Shown in pieces: positions 52,858 to 63,985 of a stretch of 64,000 bases of DNA. The notes beneath the pieces are model-generated. The model did no database searches, was not told the origin of the DNA, and saw only the letters and a list, made by a program, of their open reading frames with translations. Position numbers and translations under genes: made by a program. The stretch spans positions 1-64,000 of the forward strand of contig CAVVUS010000021.1 of the NCBI GenBank assembly GCA_963751345.1, read 5' to 3'. This DNA comes from an uncultured Chloroflexia bacterium. Its GTDB lineage: Bacteria > Chloroflexota > Anaerolineae > B4-G1 > SLSP01. Each line of letters starts with the position of its first letter. The stretch's first letter is position 1.

Positions 52858-52960
52858 TTCATGCTCCTTCTTGGATGAAGACAGATTGTGTGTGGCACTC
52901 TACGTCAAAACTCGCGAATTCTGCAACGGGCTCCGCCGGTCCGGCCGCGGGACGGCACGT

Positions 52961-54100
52961 CTAGAGGACGTCCAACCGGACAGTGACATCGAGGAACCGG
53001 CTCAGATCGCGCCCCTCCTCTTCGAGGGCCAGGATTGTCGCGGGCTCCAACGGCTCGAAAGGCGTGACCTCGACGGTGACACCCCGTGTCCGTCGCACCA
53101 GGCGCCATATGCCTGCCGCAATTCCATCCACCAGAACCACCGGACGGATCATGCCGCCGCCTCGGTTGACCTCCCGGTCGTATTCCGGCGGGACGATCCA
53201 ACTGCGATCGCGGTAACCGAGCATCGTCTGGTCAAACGCGGAAAGTAAGATCGCCCGCGCCGGGTCTCCTCTTTCTCCAACAGACGCAGCCCCAGATTCG
53301 CGAGGCATCCAGACGCGCACGTCCCCGTAGTGCAACTCGACAAGCCGATCCGCAACCGTGGCAAACCCGGATCGGCTCTCCCGTATACCAAGTCCCGACC
53401 ACGCAGCGAAATCCTCAACGCCGGCAGGACCGAAGGCAGCAAGATACCGCAGGACAAGCCGGCCCAGGGCGGTCTCCTTGTCGAGAGTGAAGGAATCTGC
53501 CGTCACCCACTCGTCAAACAAGACGTAGGTCGGCTCCGCCCCTTGGTCCGGACCAAGACAGACGATGCGCTCCAGCGCCGCGCGGCGAACGATGGATGCA
53601 ATGGCCTGGCCCGCAACCGGAATGTCTCGTCGGGCGAGCTTCTCTGCCAGGACGCTGCGGATGAGTGGTCCCTCGGCCCCCAGGACCTCGCGGATGGCGT
53701 CCACCGCGTGTCCGTACGTTTCCTCGCTAAGCCCAAGTTGGGCCGATCGCCGCCGGCTTTGGCGGATCATCGTGGGGGCCAGAAGATCGAGGAGCCAATG
53801 TACGTCCTCCGTCGCCACCAGATGAAGCGTCCCGCGCATACACCAGGTGCGCACGAACGACCTCGCCGTGACACGGGCGTCCTCGACATCCACTGCCGTC
53901 ACGCCCTCCGTCCTTGGCCGAACTGCCAGGACCGCCGCGGCACGATCCTGCGCCTGGATACCGCAGAGGTGGTGCACGAGGCCCGCTGCAACACGCGGAA
54001 GGTCGGCCACATCCCGGGACCGGCCCGACGCTTCGGGGATGAGACGCTGAGAACGCAGCCTCAGTCGGCGAAGGTCCTCAGCGTCTACGCTCGCTGCCAT
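52961..54100 (-). CDS. AlkZ/YcaQ-like (HTH_42) DNA glycosylase for crosslinks or bulky adducts
   Basis: QAQ catalytic motif, 'RTWCMRGTLHLV', 'RYL..FGPA...DF..WSGL', 'L.AFD...GY..R', 'VLVDG...G.W'; ATG 54100 after GAGG. Confidence 0.88.
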   Translation of the reverse strand: MAASVDAEDLRRLRLRSQRLIPEASGRSRDVADLPRVAAGLVHHLCGIQAQDRAAAVLAVRPRTEGVTAVDVEDARVTARSFVRTWCMRGTLHLVATEDVHWLLDLLAPTMIRQSRRRSAQLGLSEETYGHAVDAIREVLGAEGPLIRSVLAEKLARRDIPVAGQAIASIVRRAALERIVCLGPDQGAEPTYVLFDEWVTADSFTLDKETALGRLVLRYLAAFGPAGVEDFAAWSGLGIRESRSGFATVADRLVELHYGDVRVWMPRESGAASVGERGDPARAILLSAFDQTMLGYRDRSWIVPPEYDREVNRGGGMIRPVVLVDGIAAGIWRLVRRTRGVTVEVTPFEPLEPATILALEEEGRDLSRFLDVTVRLDVL

Positions 54101-55129
54101 CGCCGTCCTCTGCCGCCGGCGCCGGCCCAGCAGGACGGCAATGAGGGCCGTAGCTGCCACCACGACGCCACCTGCCAACAGCTTCAATCGCTTCAGATCG
54201 CCGCGAATACCGACCTCCGACGGCCGGCCATCGGCCGACACGTAACGCGCGACGGCGAGCTTGAGGAGGGCATTGGCTGCACCGGGGGCCAGGCGTCCGG
54301 CCAGGACCATGAGGCGATCGCGGAGCGTCTGCGAGGTGCCTGTGCTCCTTCCCGTACGGACTGCCTCCCAAATCTCCTCCGCCACACGCTCCGGCGGGAT
54401 CGCTGCAGCCATGTCGGCCTGCGCCACCAGGCTGTCCAGGGAAGCCCCCAGGCCGGAGGTGCGCGTATGGGGCCCAAAGCCGGTATCGGTCAGTCCCGGC
54501 ATAACCTTGACCACAGCAATATCGTCGCGGCACAGCTCGATCGCGGCAGCGTCTGAAAGGTATCCCAACGCGGCCTTACTGGCGCCATACCCCCCCACAT
54601 ACGGCACGGGCAGCGCCTGGGCAATCGACGAGACGTTGACGATCACGCCTCTGAGCGGTCTACCGCCTCGGCCAGGCTTACGCACGGGCTGCGGCGCATG
54701 CCAGTGCTGGCGCACGCCGGTATTCTGGCGCACGCCAGTACTCTGCGCATGATTTGCACCACGCCCTGTATCATAGCCACCGGCGCCAGCACGTTCAGCT
54801 GCATCACGTACTCGAGATCCTCAAGGTCGAGCGTCTCCACCGTCCCCGAGAGCCCCACGCCGGCGTTGTTGACGAGTGCATCGACCCGTCCGAACACCTC
54901 ACACGTCATCGAGACCAGACGGGACCGGTCCTCGGGCTTGGTCACGTCGGTGGGGACCACGAGTGCCGTCCCGCCCCTGGGCTTGGATCTCTCCCGCAAT
55001 CCGGTCGAGACTCTCCGTGGAACGGGCAGCAAGGACGACGGCCCAGCCACGCGTGCCGAACAAGCGGGCCGCGGCCTCCCCTATACCTCCACTGGCGCCC
55101 GTGATGATGACCACCGGCTTCCGTTCCAT
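54101..55129 (-). CDS. SDR-family oxidoreductase with C-terminal TM helix, frameshifted (~54975, ~54740)
   Basis: TGASGGIG, VNNAG, VNVSS, YGASK, PG.TDT; no stop codon is seen before the AlkZ-like start. Confidence 0.8.
54701..54750 (-). repeat. Three imperfect 18-bp tandem units inside the SDR gene
   Basis: Plus strand ccagtgctggcgcacg / ccggtattctggcgcacg / ccagtactctgcgcat; encodes approximately (V/M)RQxTG x3. Confidence 0.7.
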
Positions 55130-55186
55130 TCGCCCTCCCCGCCCCTCGCCAATCCTCTTGAGACGCTGAGAAGCCACAGCTATGTC

Positions 55187-55214
55187 AGTATAGCATCCGG
55201 AGTTACGCACGCAA
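55187..55214 (-). promoter_or_regulatory. Putative promoter TTGCGT-N16-TATACT (extended -10)
   Basis: TG.TATACT 57 nt upstream of the SDR start. Confidence 0.6.
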
Positions 55215-55298
55215 CATCACGCACGGCGGATTGCCGATCCTGGAAGCCAAGCTCACTTGTAGGCATCGGCAGACGAGCTACCACCGAAGGGACACGGC

Positions 55299-56432
55299 AT
55301 GCTGCAAAACAAGCGCATCTTGGCCATCGACGACGACACCCTGATCCGGGAGTACCTGCGTGTTGTCCTGACCCGCCAGGGAGCAAACGTGGTCACAGCG
55401 AGTACGGGCGAGGACGGGATTGGCGCTATGGAAAGGTCCAGGGAACTTCGACGCGATTCTGCTGGATATGATTCTGCCGGACCTCGATGGTGTGGAGGTG
55501 CTGAAACGCATTCGTGAGAAGGAGACAGTCGTCACGATCGTGATTCTCACCGGCGCCGGCGACATCCGGTCGGCCATTGCTGCGACGCACCATGGCGCGG
55601 ACGCCTACGTGCAGAAGCAGGACATCCCCTGAGCGATGACCCTGCTGCACTCTTCTACGCCCTGGAGCAGGCATTTGAGCGCCGGGCTGGGATTGCCACC
55701 CGACAACAGCTCGAAGACGTGAGGGCCGATCTCTATGCGATCGTCACCCACGACCTGCGCAGCCCCGCCAGCGTCATTCAGACGTCGGCCGAGATGATGC
55801 TGGATGGGGAGTTCGGACCGCTGGCACCCGAACAGGTGGAGTTGATAGAGATCATTTCAAAGTCTGCGATAAAAATGAATGCGCTGATCAGCGACTACCT
55901 CGACTTCGCCCAAATCGATGCAGGGTACCTTCGGCTGACGTTTGAGGATGTCGATCTGCAGGAACTGATCCAGGAATCCGTCAGAATGGTTCGGCTGCAG
56001 GCGCAGGTAAAGCGACAGTCCCTCAGTGTAGAGCTGCCCCCCGAGCCACTACCGGGCCTACTGGACCCGGATCGGGTTCAGCAGGTTCTCGACAATCTCC
56101 TGACAAATGCCATCAAGTACACGCCGGAGGGCGGCGCCATCAAGCTCCACCTACGGGAAGAGAACGACACCGCCACGATCACGGTCAGCGACACGGGAAT
56201 CGGCATACCGGCGGAGCATCTGGCGTTTCTGTTCACCAAATACCATCGCGTACCGGGGCCCGCTACCAGAGCCATCCGGGGCACCGGCCTGGGCCTACTG
56301 ATCGTCAAGGAGATCGTGGAAGCCCACGGGGGCACGGTCACGGCCGAGTCGCCAGGCCCCGGCAAGGGCTCGACGTTCACAGTTCGGCTGCCGCTCAGAC
56401 ACTCAGGAACAGGAACACGTTCCCTAGCCTGA
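55299..56432 (+). CDS. Hybrid response regulator-histidine kinase (REC-HisKA-HATPase), two frameshifts
   Basis: ILAIDDD, LLD..LPDLDG, GADAY..K, 'THDLRSP', 'NLLTNAIKYT', DTGIGI, GTGLGL, GKGSTF. Confidence 0.88.
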
Positions 56433-56529
56433 CGCGGACCGCGGAGTATGATATTCAGCGACCGGGTCGTGCCTTTCTTCGCTCTTCCCGGCCATACCCG
56501 ATAAGCCTCACCGGCGGTCCCGCCGCCGA

Positions 56530-57438
56530 CTATGCCTCTGACATCGTTGCGTTGTTGGCCTCAACGGGCTGCGAGGTCGCCCCAGGCCTGACCTGGGCCA
56601 GAACCATTCCGGCCATCATCAGCCCAGCTCCGAGAGCACCACGCCCGCCAAGCTGCTCCCCTAGCATCAACCACCCGCCGAGTGCGGCGAAGGCCGACTC
56701 CATGCTCATGATGATGGCGGCAGGTGTGGGACGCGCGTGCCGCTGAGCTACGGCCTGAAGGGTATACGCAATGCCCACGGATATGAAGCCCCCGTAGAGT
56801 ATCGGGCCCAGCGCCGCCCGGATGCCCCCCCACCCTATGGGTTCCAGGATCAGGGCAGCGATCCAACTCAACACAGAGCAGACGACAAACTGCCCTGCCG
56901 CCAACGGCAGGGGATCGATACGACGCGTAAGGTGCGCGATGAGCTGGATCTGCACGGCCCAGAGAAGCGCGCTCAACAACACCCATGCGTCGCCCGGTGA
57001 CAGCGTCAGGCGTTCGGTCACACTCAGAAAGTAAAGCCCGACCACGGCCACAAGCGCGCCCACCCACGTGATCCAGGACGCCCGTTCGCCCCACACAAGT
57101 GCGAGAAGGGGGACAAGAACCACGTAGAGCCCGGTGATGAACCCGGATTTGCCCGCGGTCGTCGTCACAATGCCGATCTGTTGGGCAGACGCGGCGGCAA
57201 AGAGGACCGTGCCGACTGCAAGCCAGCCCAAGATCCGTTGTCTGAGAGAGGGCGCGTGCTCTCGCCGCTTACGCGTCCCCCAGATCAACGGAAGCAGCGA
57301 GAGAGCCCCCAACCCGAAACGAATCGCGTTAAAGGTGAAGGGGCCCACGTAGGCCATGCCCACCCGCTGCGCGACGAAGGCAAAGCCCCAGATTGCCGCG
57401 GCAAGGAGAAGAAGAAGATTCGCTTGGATTCTAGTCAT
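56530..57438 (-). CDS. DMT/EamA family transporter
   Basis: 'IWGFAFVAQ', 'RF', 'TTAGKSGFITGLYVVLVP', 'GD', 'SMES.FA'; about 10 TM helices. Confidence 0.92.
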   Translation of the reverse strand: MTRIQANLLLLLAAAIWGFAFVAQRVGMAYVGPFTFNAIRFGLGALSLLPLIWGTRKRREHAPSLRQRILGWLAVGTVLFAAASAQQIGIVTTTAGKSGFITGLYVVLVPLLALVWGERASWITWVGALVAVVGLYFLSVTERLTLSPGDAWVLLSALLWAVQIQLIAHLTRRIDPLPLAAGQFVVCSVLSWIAALILEPIGWGGIRAALGPILYGGFISVGIAYTLQAVAQRHARPTPAAIIMSMESAFAALGGWLMLGEQLGGRGALGAGLMMAGMVLAQVRPGATSQPVEANNATMSEA

Positions 57439-57548
57439 AATAGCTTTCGTCAGAATACCGTCAGATTCGCGTCAAGCACTGCATCACATCCGGAGTATAG
57501 TAAGAGTGTAAGTGAATTGGGGCCGCTAAAGAATTCTCCTCCTTCTGG

Positions 57549-57580
57549 AAACCGGGGGCACCGGGACAAGCCCCCGGTTT
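57549..57580. terminator. Probable terminator after the DUF401 gene
   Basis: AAACCGGGGGC...GCCCCCGGTTT, an 11-bp inverted repeat 7 nt past the stop. Confidence 0.65.
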
Positions 57581-57587
57581 TCTCATG

Positions 57588-58798
57588 TCACCGAAGCATC
57601 ACCAGCCCAACCGTCGCGAGCGTCACCAACCCCACCGAGGGCACGATCCGCCGGTAAATCGGGACCCAGCTCGCCTTGAAGTATTCCTTGGTCAGCGCCA
57701 GGCAGAGATGCAGCGGCGATAGCATCACCCCCATGAACCCGGCGACAAAGAGCCACAGCCCCACCGTCATTGGATCCATCGCGCCCCCAGCCAGAAGCGG
57801 CGCCACGAGCGGAACGCTCAGTGCCAGCGTCGCTGCCGCCGTCCCCGTGAGCAGGCCGGCGATCATCGGGACGACAAACGCCACGAGCATCGCCGGGAGC
57901 CCCAGGGCACTCAAAGCCTGCGGGATCTGCGTGACGGCACCGGCGTCCTCCATCACGTGCTTGAAGATCATCACGCCAAAGATCGCCGAGAAGGTGCTGA
58001 AGGGAATACTGCGTCGTGCAATGTCCCACCATTGATCGGGGCCAATGCGCTTCACGATGACGTAGAGCACGATCACGCCGATCAGGCTGAGGATCATGTT
58101 GAGCTTCAGGAGGACGACGGAGAGCATGACGAGCAACAGCGGCCACGTGCTATTGAGGAGCATGCGCCACGCCTGCCCAGTTGCCGGCCCGACGACTCAG
58201 CGGCCTGTCTCCGAATGCCAAGCAACCCCCAGATAACTCCACTGCCCAGCGCCGCGAAGGTCAAGGGCCACGAGACCCGGACGAACTCAAAGACGGATAC
58301 ATTGAGAAGCGCCGCAATCATCAGCAGCGACGAGTAGAGCGGGAAGACGTACTCCATCGAGTGGCGAAACCAGTAGTTGATGTAGGTCTTCCGATCGGGG
58401 CTCAGCTCCAGACGCTCCGCCACCTTGCCGACCATCGGGGCCGAGAACATCGCACCGCCTATCATCGGCATCAGTCCAATCATCAAGGGCACAAGAGCCA
58501 GCGTCAGGCGGCTGTCGGGCACCAGATCCTGCAGAGATCGGACCATGCCATCGGAGGCCTGCGTCCGGCGCAGCAACTCGGCGAGAACGAGGACGAGAGC
58601 GACGGCACCCACGAGGCTGACCGTGTCGGCGGCTACCAGCGCCCCCAACACGGAACGCACCCAATCGATCGCGGGGTAGGCAAAGAGCGCGGCGACGATG
58701 GCGGTGTTGAGCAGCAACACGAGACCGAGGTCCCACTTCCTCGCCAGAAGAAAGACCATCAGTCCGAGTATAGCAAGCAGTTTCAGCAGATCGATCAT
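57588..58798 (-). CDS. DUF401 family membrane protein (IT-superfamily-like permease), frameshift near 58165
   Basis: 'IGLMPMIGGAMFSAPMV', 'INYWFRH..EY..PLY', 'GLLTG', 'SPLHLCL.LT.EYF'. Confidence 0.85.
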
Positions 58799-58828
58799 AG
58801 GATGTCGGTTACCTTGCATGACATAACA

Positions 58829-58851
58829 AAGACGCCTCGACGAGGCGTCTT
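58829..58851 (-). terminator. Probable terminator after the pstB-GH31 unit
   Basis: AAGACGCCTCG-A-CGAGGCGTCTT inverted repeat, followed on the minus strand by a T-rich tract. Confidence 0.6.
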
Positions 58852-58916
58852 CGCCAGACGGAAGTATCCTCTCGGGCCGGACGAAGTCAAGTCCGATCTC
58901 GCCGAGAGCGACGGCG

Positions 58917-61206
58917 CTACCAGCGGACCTGCACGACGCGCGGTGCGCCGCGCTGCGGATCTTCAGCTACGCTAAGGCTCAGGTCGCCCGAAGCATCGCG
59001 GGACCAAGCGTCCGGAGCGAGCGGCTCGCCATCGAGGAGGATCACCGACGGCGTGCCCACGCCGTGAATGCAGACCTCGTAGCTTCGAGTCTCAGGCATT
59101 CCGGCATAGGTTCCCAGGCGCGGCCCGATCGATAGGCGTAGCTGCGCGCCGTCGGCCTCGCAGATGATCTCCGCCCGTGCCACAGCGCCATCGCGGTAGG
59201 CGAAGGTCTCGCCGTCGTCCTCGACCAACACGAACCGGCTCGCCGTCGCGCCTTGGGGATCGGCGTAAACATGAAGTCCCACCGCCACGATCGTTCTCTG
59301 GTCGACGTAATCAACGTCAGGCCAGGTGGGAACAATCGCCCCCGCCCGCACAAACAACGGACCTGCCGGCCGGCTCCCCTTACTGGTATCGTCAGGCAAG
59401 CACGTAGACGAGATCCTGCGGCCCCTCATAGCGCCGGCCCGTCCAATAATCGAACCAGGTTCCCGACGGCAGATGAACGTGATCCTCGAAGGCAACCGCT
59501 AGAAACGCATCGCCCAGCATATACTGCTGGATCAGGTGATCGGCTTGTGGATCCTCTGGGAAGGCCAGGGCCATCGCGCGCATCATCGGCAGGCCCGTCT
59601 CGGTCGCGACGTACGCCGCCGCGTACAGATACGGCAGCAGATGGTAGCGAAGTCGCGCGTAGAACTTGAAGATCGGCTCCAGTTTCTCACCCAGGAGCCA
59701 CGGGTGCCGCCAATAGGCCCAACTACAGACCTGCGACCACGGCTGCAAAAAGCCGAAGTGGATGCCCTCCGGTGTGAAGACATCCATGTCGCAGCTCGTG
59801 TTCGAGTGGCCCGAGAGGCCGTGGTTCAGCATCGAGACCAATGGCTTTGGCCCGCCTCCCGTATCACCGGCCCACGTCGCCGTGAACTGCTGGATACCCG
59901 TATAGCCACCGGAGCTGTAGATCATGGGCCGGCGGCCCGTGTGCTCCCGAAATCCAACGTGCATCTGCTGGTTGAGCAATGTCGGATAGAGGTTGTGCAT
60001 CTCCTCGTCATCCATGCCGTTGCCCCACTTGCGGTCGGGATGCTCGTTCACCTGGCGCGCCCCGTCCATCTTAAATGCCGACACGCCTTGATCGACAAAC
60101 GGCTTGAGGTGGTCGAACCAGGGCTCCTCCGGACGCGTGAGCTTGTCCATCAGGATGGGCTCGTGCTGGTGGTAATCAAGCTCGAAGTCATCCGCGTGCT
60201 GGGCTCGTAGTTCGGGCCGCGCATACCCCGCCGCGCCCGCGCGCCGCTCCGCCTCGTAGCTCAGGTCGTAGTCACAACAGAGCCAGAGGCTCATATGAAA
60301 CCCCAGCCTCTCGGCCGCGCCCAGGAAAGTCTGCGGACCCTTGGGTGCCCACGGGGGCAAGTAGAACCGCTCGGGATCCCACCGCTTGTCCACCGAGTAG
60401 TCGTAAAAAGTCTCCATCCAGCCCGGCTCCAGCCCAACCAGGTCGCAGGGGATTCCCTCGCGCCGGAAGTTGAGGCAGTCGTCGAGCATCTCCCGTGCGT
60501 TAGCCTGTTGGTTACAGACAAACGTCAGCCCGTAACCCCAGAGAGGCAAAAGATGAGGCTTTCCGGCGATATCGGTATAGGCATCCAGCAGCGCGGGCAT
60601 GTCGTCGCCGACGAAGAGGAAGAAATCCAGCTCCCCCGCATCAGCCTGAATCTGTAGGCAGCCGGGGTCCGTTGCCCCGAGATCGAAGACGTGGCGCCAG
60701 GTGGTATTGAGTAGCAGCGCCCAGCCGCGGGTGCTCATCACATAGGGGATCGGGACGTACGACGCCACGTTGCGGACCCACATCTGTGTGCGATAGCCGC
60801 GCTTCTGGATACGGTCGCGGGTCACGTCGCCCAGACCGTAAAGCCTCTCGCCGTCAGCCAGGGTCAAGCTGACCTCGAAGCCCTCGCCGGAGCGAGGCGG
60901 TGTCGCAGTCCGCGTCAGCGTGCCGCCACCGGGCCGTGTCAGGGTGAAGGTGCCGTCGAGGCGAGACACCGTCAGGGTTGCCTCTGCCGTCGCCAATGTC
61001 ACCTGCGCAGGCTCGTCGATTACCTCCGCAGTCACCGCTGGGTCGCCCTCAACGTGCAGAATCCCGTAGCGGACGAGCGCCGGCTCGGCAAAGTCGCCGT
61101 CGGATCCCAACCGCAGCCGGAAGGTGCGTGGCCCCAGGACATCGACGCGCAGCAGAGCGCCGGTCGCCAGTCGTATCGTGTAACCTGTAGCAGGCGAGTC
61201 GGGCAT
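58917..61206 (-). CDS. GH31 alpha-glycosidase (alpha-xylosidase/glucosidase-like) with DUF5110 tail, frameshift near 59398
   Basis: 'ERLYGLG', 'IPCD.V.LEPGW', 'FKMDG' nucleophile, 'WAGD' acid/base, 'LRY.LLPYLY', 'QYMLG', 'PLFVRAGAIVP', 'EDDG.T'. Confidence 0.9.
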
Positions 61207-61237
61207 ATCGTCCCTCCGAGATCGCATCTGTTGAGTG

Positions 61238-62005
61238 CTACCCTACCCGGCCCGTGATGTAGGCCTCGGTGCGCTCCTCGTCAGGATTCGTGAACAGCTT
61301 GGCCGTCGGCGCGAACTCGACCAGCTCCCCCAGCCAAAAGAACGCCGTCCGGTCCGAGACGCGCGCCGCCTGCTGCATATTGTGCGTGACGATGACGATC
61401 GTGTAATCCTTGCGCAGCTCTCGCATGAGCGCTTCAACGCGGCGCGTGGCAATCGGGTCCAAGGCCGAGCAGGGCTCATCCATCAGGATCACCTCCGGGG
61501 CGACTGCCAGCGTCCGCGCGATGCAGAGCCGCTGCTGCTGCCCCAGGCCCAGGTTGAGCGCCGGGATCGACGTGTCGCCCCCAATCTCATCCCACAGGTC
61601 AACGCGTTTCAGGTACCCCTCGACGAGGTCGCGTACTTCGTTGCCCCGGGCGATCCCGAGTGAGCGGGGGCCCATGGCCACGTTGCTGAAAACCGACTGG
61701 GGAAAGGGATTGGGCTTCTGGAAGACGAGGCCGACCCGCTTCCGCAGATCGACGACATCCGTATCCTCCTGGTAGATATCCTCTCCATCGATCAGGACCT
61801 TGCCCTCCAGGCGCGTCTCGGCGATCTCGTCATTCATGCGGTTGAGACACCGCAGGAAGGTCGACTTCCCGCACCCCGACGGGCCGATGAATGCCGTGAT
61901 CTCCTGCTCGTGAACGGAGAGGCTGATGTCGAAGAGGGCCTGCTTGCTGCCATAGTAGAAATCCAGATGCTCCACCTGGATCTTGGGACGTATTTCACTC
62001 TGCAT
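61238..62005 (-). CDS. pstB: Phosphate ABC transporter ATP-binding protein
   Basis: [59 protein letters not shown]. Confidence 0.96.
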   Translation of the reverse strand: MQSEIRPKIQVEHLDFYYGSKQALFDISLSVHEQEITAFIGPSGCGKSTFLRCLNRMNDEIAETRLEGKVLIDGEDIYQEDTDVVDLRKRVGLVFQKPNPFPQSVFSNVAMGPRSLGIARGNEVRDLVEGYLKRVDLWDEIGGDTSIPALNLGLGQQQRLCIARTLAVAPEVILMDEPCSALDPIATRRVEALMRELRKDYTIVIVTHNMQQAARVSDRTAFFWLGELVEFAPTAKLFTNPDEERTEAYITGRVG

Positions 62006-62052
62006 TCATGTCACCCTTGCGGAACCATCTCCCACGGACTATGTTGGGGCGA

Positions 62053-62080
62053 AGTATAGATGACGGCGAATCCATGTCAA
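62053..62080 (-). promoter_or_regulatory. Putative promoter TTGACA-N16-TATACT of pstB
   Basis: Near-perfect consensus hexamers 47 nt upstream of pstB. Confidence 0.7.
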
Positions 62081-62099
62081 TGTATGATCTAGCGTCCAC

Positions 62100-62127
62100 T
62101 TGCGACCCGTCGAGATCCGTGTAGAAT
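62100..62127 (+). promoter_or_regulatory. Putative promoter TTGCGA-N16-TAGAAT of pstS, probably near-leaderless
   Basis: -10 hexamer 8 nt upstream of GTG 62136; no SD. Confidence 0.55.
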
Positions 62128-62135
62128 GGGCCGTC

Positions 62136-63028
62136 GTGAGAAAGTCTATCATTATCCCTGTTATCGCCCTGCTGCTGATTGTCGCCATCGCGGCATTGGC
62201 CGGTTGTCGCCCTCAATCGAGCGGCGAGCCGGGCACAGCCGGTGGCAAGACCATCGAGAACAAGGGATCGGACACGATCGTCAACCTGGCGCTGGCGTGG
62301 GCCGAGCGGTACCAGGAGGTCCAGCCCGACGTCAGCATCGCGGTCACCGGCGGCGGCTCCGGTACCGGCATCGCGGCACTCATCAACGGCACGGTCGATA
62401 TCGCCAACGCCTCGCGCCAGATCAGCCAGGAGGAGATCGAGGCCGCACAGGCCAATGGCATCGATCCCGTGCAGTTTGTCATCGCCAGGGACGCCATCGC
62501 CGTCATCGTCCATCCCAGCAATCCGGTCGACCACCTCACGCTCCAGCAGATCTCGGACATCTACAGCGGCAAGATCACCAATTGGCAGGGGGTCGGTGGA
62601 GAGGACCGGCCCATCGTCAGGCTATCGCGCGAGACCAACTCCGGCACCCACGTCTACTTCCTGGAAGCCGTGGTCCGGTTGGGGGACCCGAATAACAAGA
62701 CGCTCTTCTCGCCCGACACGCTGCTTCTGCCCTCGTCCGAGGGCATCGGCACGGAGGTGCGCCAGAACCCGAACGCCATCGGCTACGACGGACTTGGATA
62801 CGTGACGGAAGGTATGAAAACCATCGCCATCGGCCTCACACCGGATGGGCCCTTCTGGCAGCCCAGCGTCGACACGGTGAACAGTGGGCAATATCCCATC
62901 GCGCGGGATCTTTACATGTACACGGCAGGCGAGCCCACTGGGGCAATCGCAGCCTACCTCGATTGGATCATGAACCCGAGGCCCAGAAAATCGTGCTGGA
63001 GTTGGGCTTTGTGCCCATTCTGGAGTAA
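62136..63028 (+). CDS. pstS: Phosphate-binding lipoprotein, frameshift near 62975
   Basis: Lipobox LAGC, KGSDT, GGGSGTG, DIANASR, SRETNSGT, YPIAR.LY; tail 'EAQKIVLELGFVP' lies in the shifted frame ending at TAA 63028. Confidence 0.93.
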
Positions 63029-63031
63029 CCC

Positions 63032-63985
63032 ATGAGGTTTCGAAACCAACCCACCGACCCCAGAACGCAACCGTCAAGTCTGGCCGTGCGCCAGCGAAGG
63101 ATGGGCCTCGTCGATACGCTGATCGAACGTGGCATCCAGACCACCGGCATCGCGACCGTCGTGCTGGTGGTGATGATCTTCCTCTTTCTGATGCGGGAAG
63201 GCCTGCCCGCCTTCCTCGAAGTGCCGCTGTCCAATCTCCTGGCCACCCGGTGGTATCCCATTGAGGGACACTTTGGCCTGATGCCCCTGATCGCCGGCTC
63301 ACTGATGGTCACCTTAGGCGCGGCGATCATCGCGCTTCCCTTGGGCGTGGCGACAGCGATCTTTATCGCGGAGATCATCCCCGACTGGGCCCGCGAGATC
63401 CTCAAGCCATTCGTGGAGATACTCGCCGGCATTCCTTCAGTCGTTATCGGCTTCATGGGCATGGTCGTGATCGCGCCTTTCTTCCGTGTGGCGCTTAACA
63501 TCCCGACCGGGCTGACGGCGTTTACCGGAATCGTGCTGTTGGCGTGGATGGCGTTGCCGACCGTCGTGAGTGTCGTCGAGGATGTGCTTGATACCGTTCC
63601 GCGGACCTACCGCGAAGCCGGACTGGCATTGGGAATGACACAGTGGCAGACCATCGCCAAGATCGTGCTTCCGGCGGGTCGGTCAGGGATCCTCACCGCC
63701 CTGATGTTAGGCGTCGGGCGCGCCATCGGCGAGACGATGACGGTGATGATGGTGACCGGCAATGCGCCACGCATGCCCAAGGGCCCCTTCGATGTCTTCG
63801 CACCCGTGCGAACGATGACCGCGACGATCGCCGCCGAGATGGGCGAGGTGGCGCAGGGGAGCACCCATTACCACGTCCTCTTCGCCGTCGGCCTGACGCT
63901 TTTCGTCATCACCTTTATCGTCAACCTGGCAGCGGCGTCGGTGGTCTTCCGAAGCACCAAGCGCGCCGAACGGATGCTCTCGTGA
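63032..63985 (+). CDS. pstC: Phosphate ABC transporter permease
   Basis: 'EILAGIPSVV.G', 'REA.LALG.T.WQT', 'GRAIGETM.V.MV.GN', 'TMTA.IA.E.GE'. Confidence 0.95.
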   Translation: MRFRNQPTDPRTQPSSLAVRQRRMGLVDTLIERGIQTTGIATVVLVVMIFLFLMREGLPAFLEVPLSNLLATRWYPIEGHFGLMPLIAGSLMVTLGAAIIALPLGVATAIFIAEIIPDWAREILKPFVEILAGIPSVVIGFMGMVVIAPFFRVALNIPTGLTAFTGIVLLAWMALPTVVSVVEDVLDTVPRTYREAGLALGMTQWQTIAKIVLPAGRSGILTALMLGVGRAIGETMTVMMVTGNAPRMPKGPFDVFAPVRTMTATIAAEMGEVAQGSTHYHVLFAVGLTLFVITFIVNLAAASVVFRSTKRAERMLS

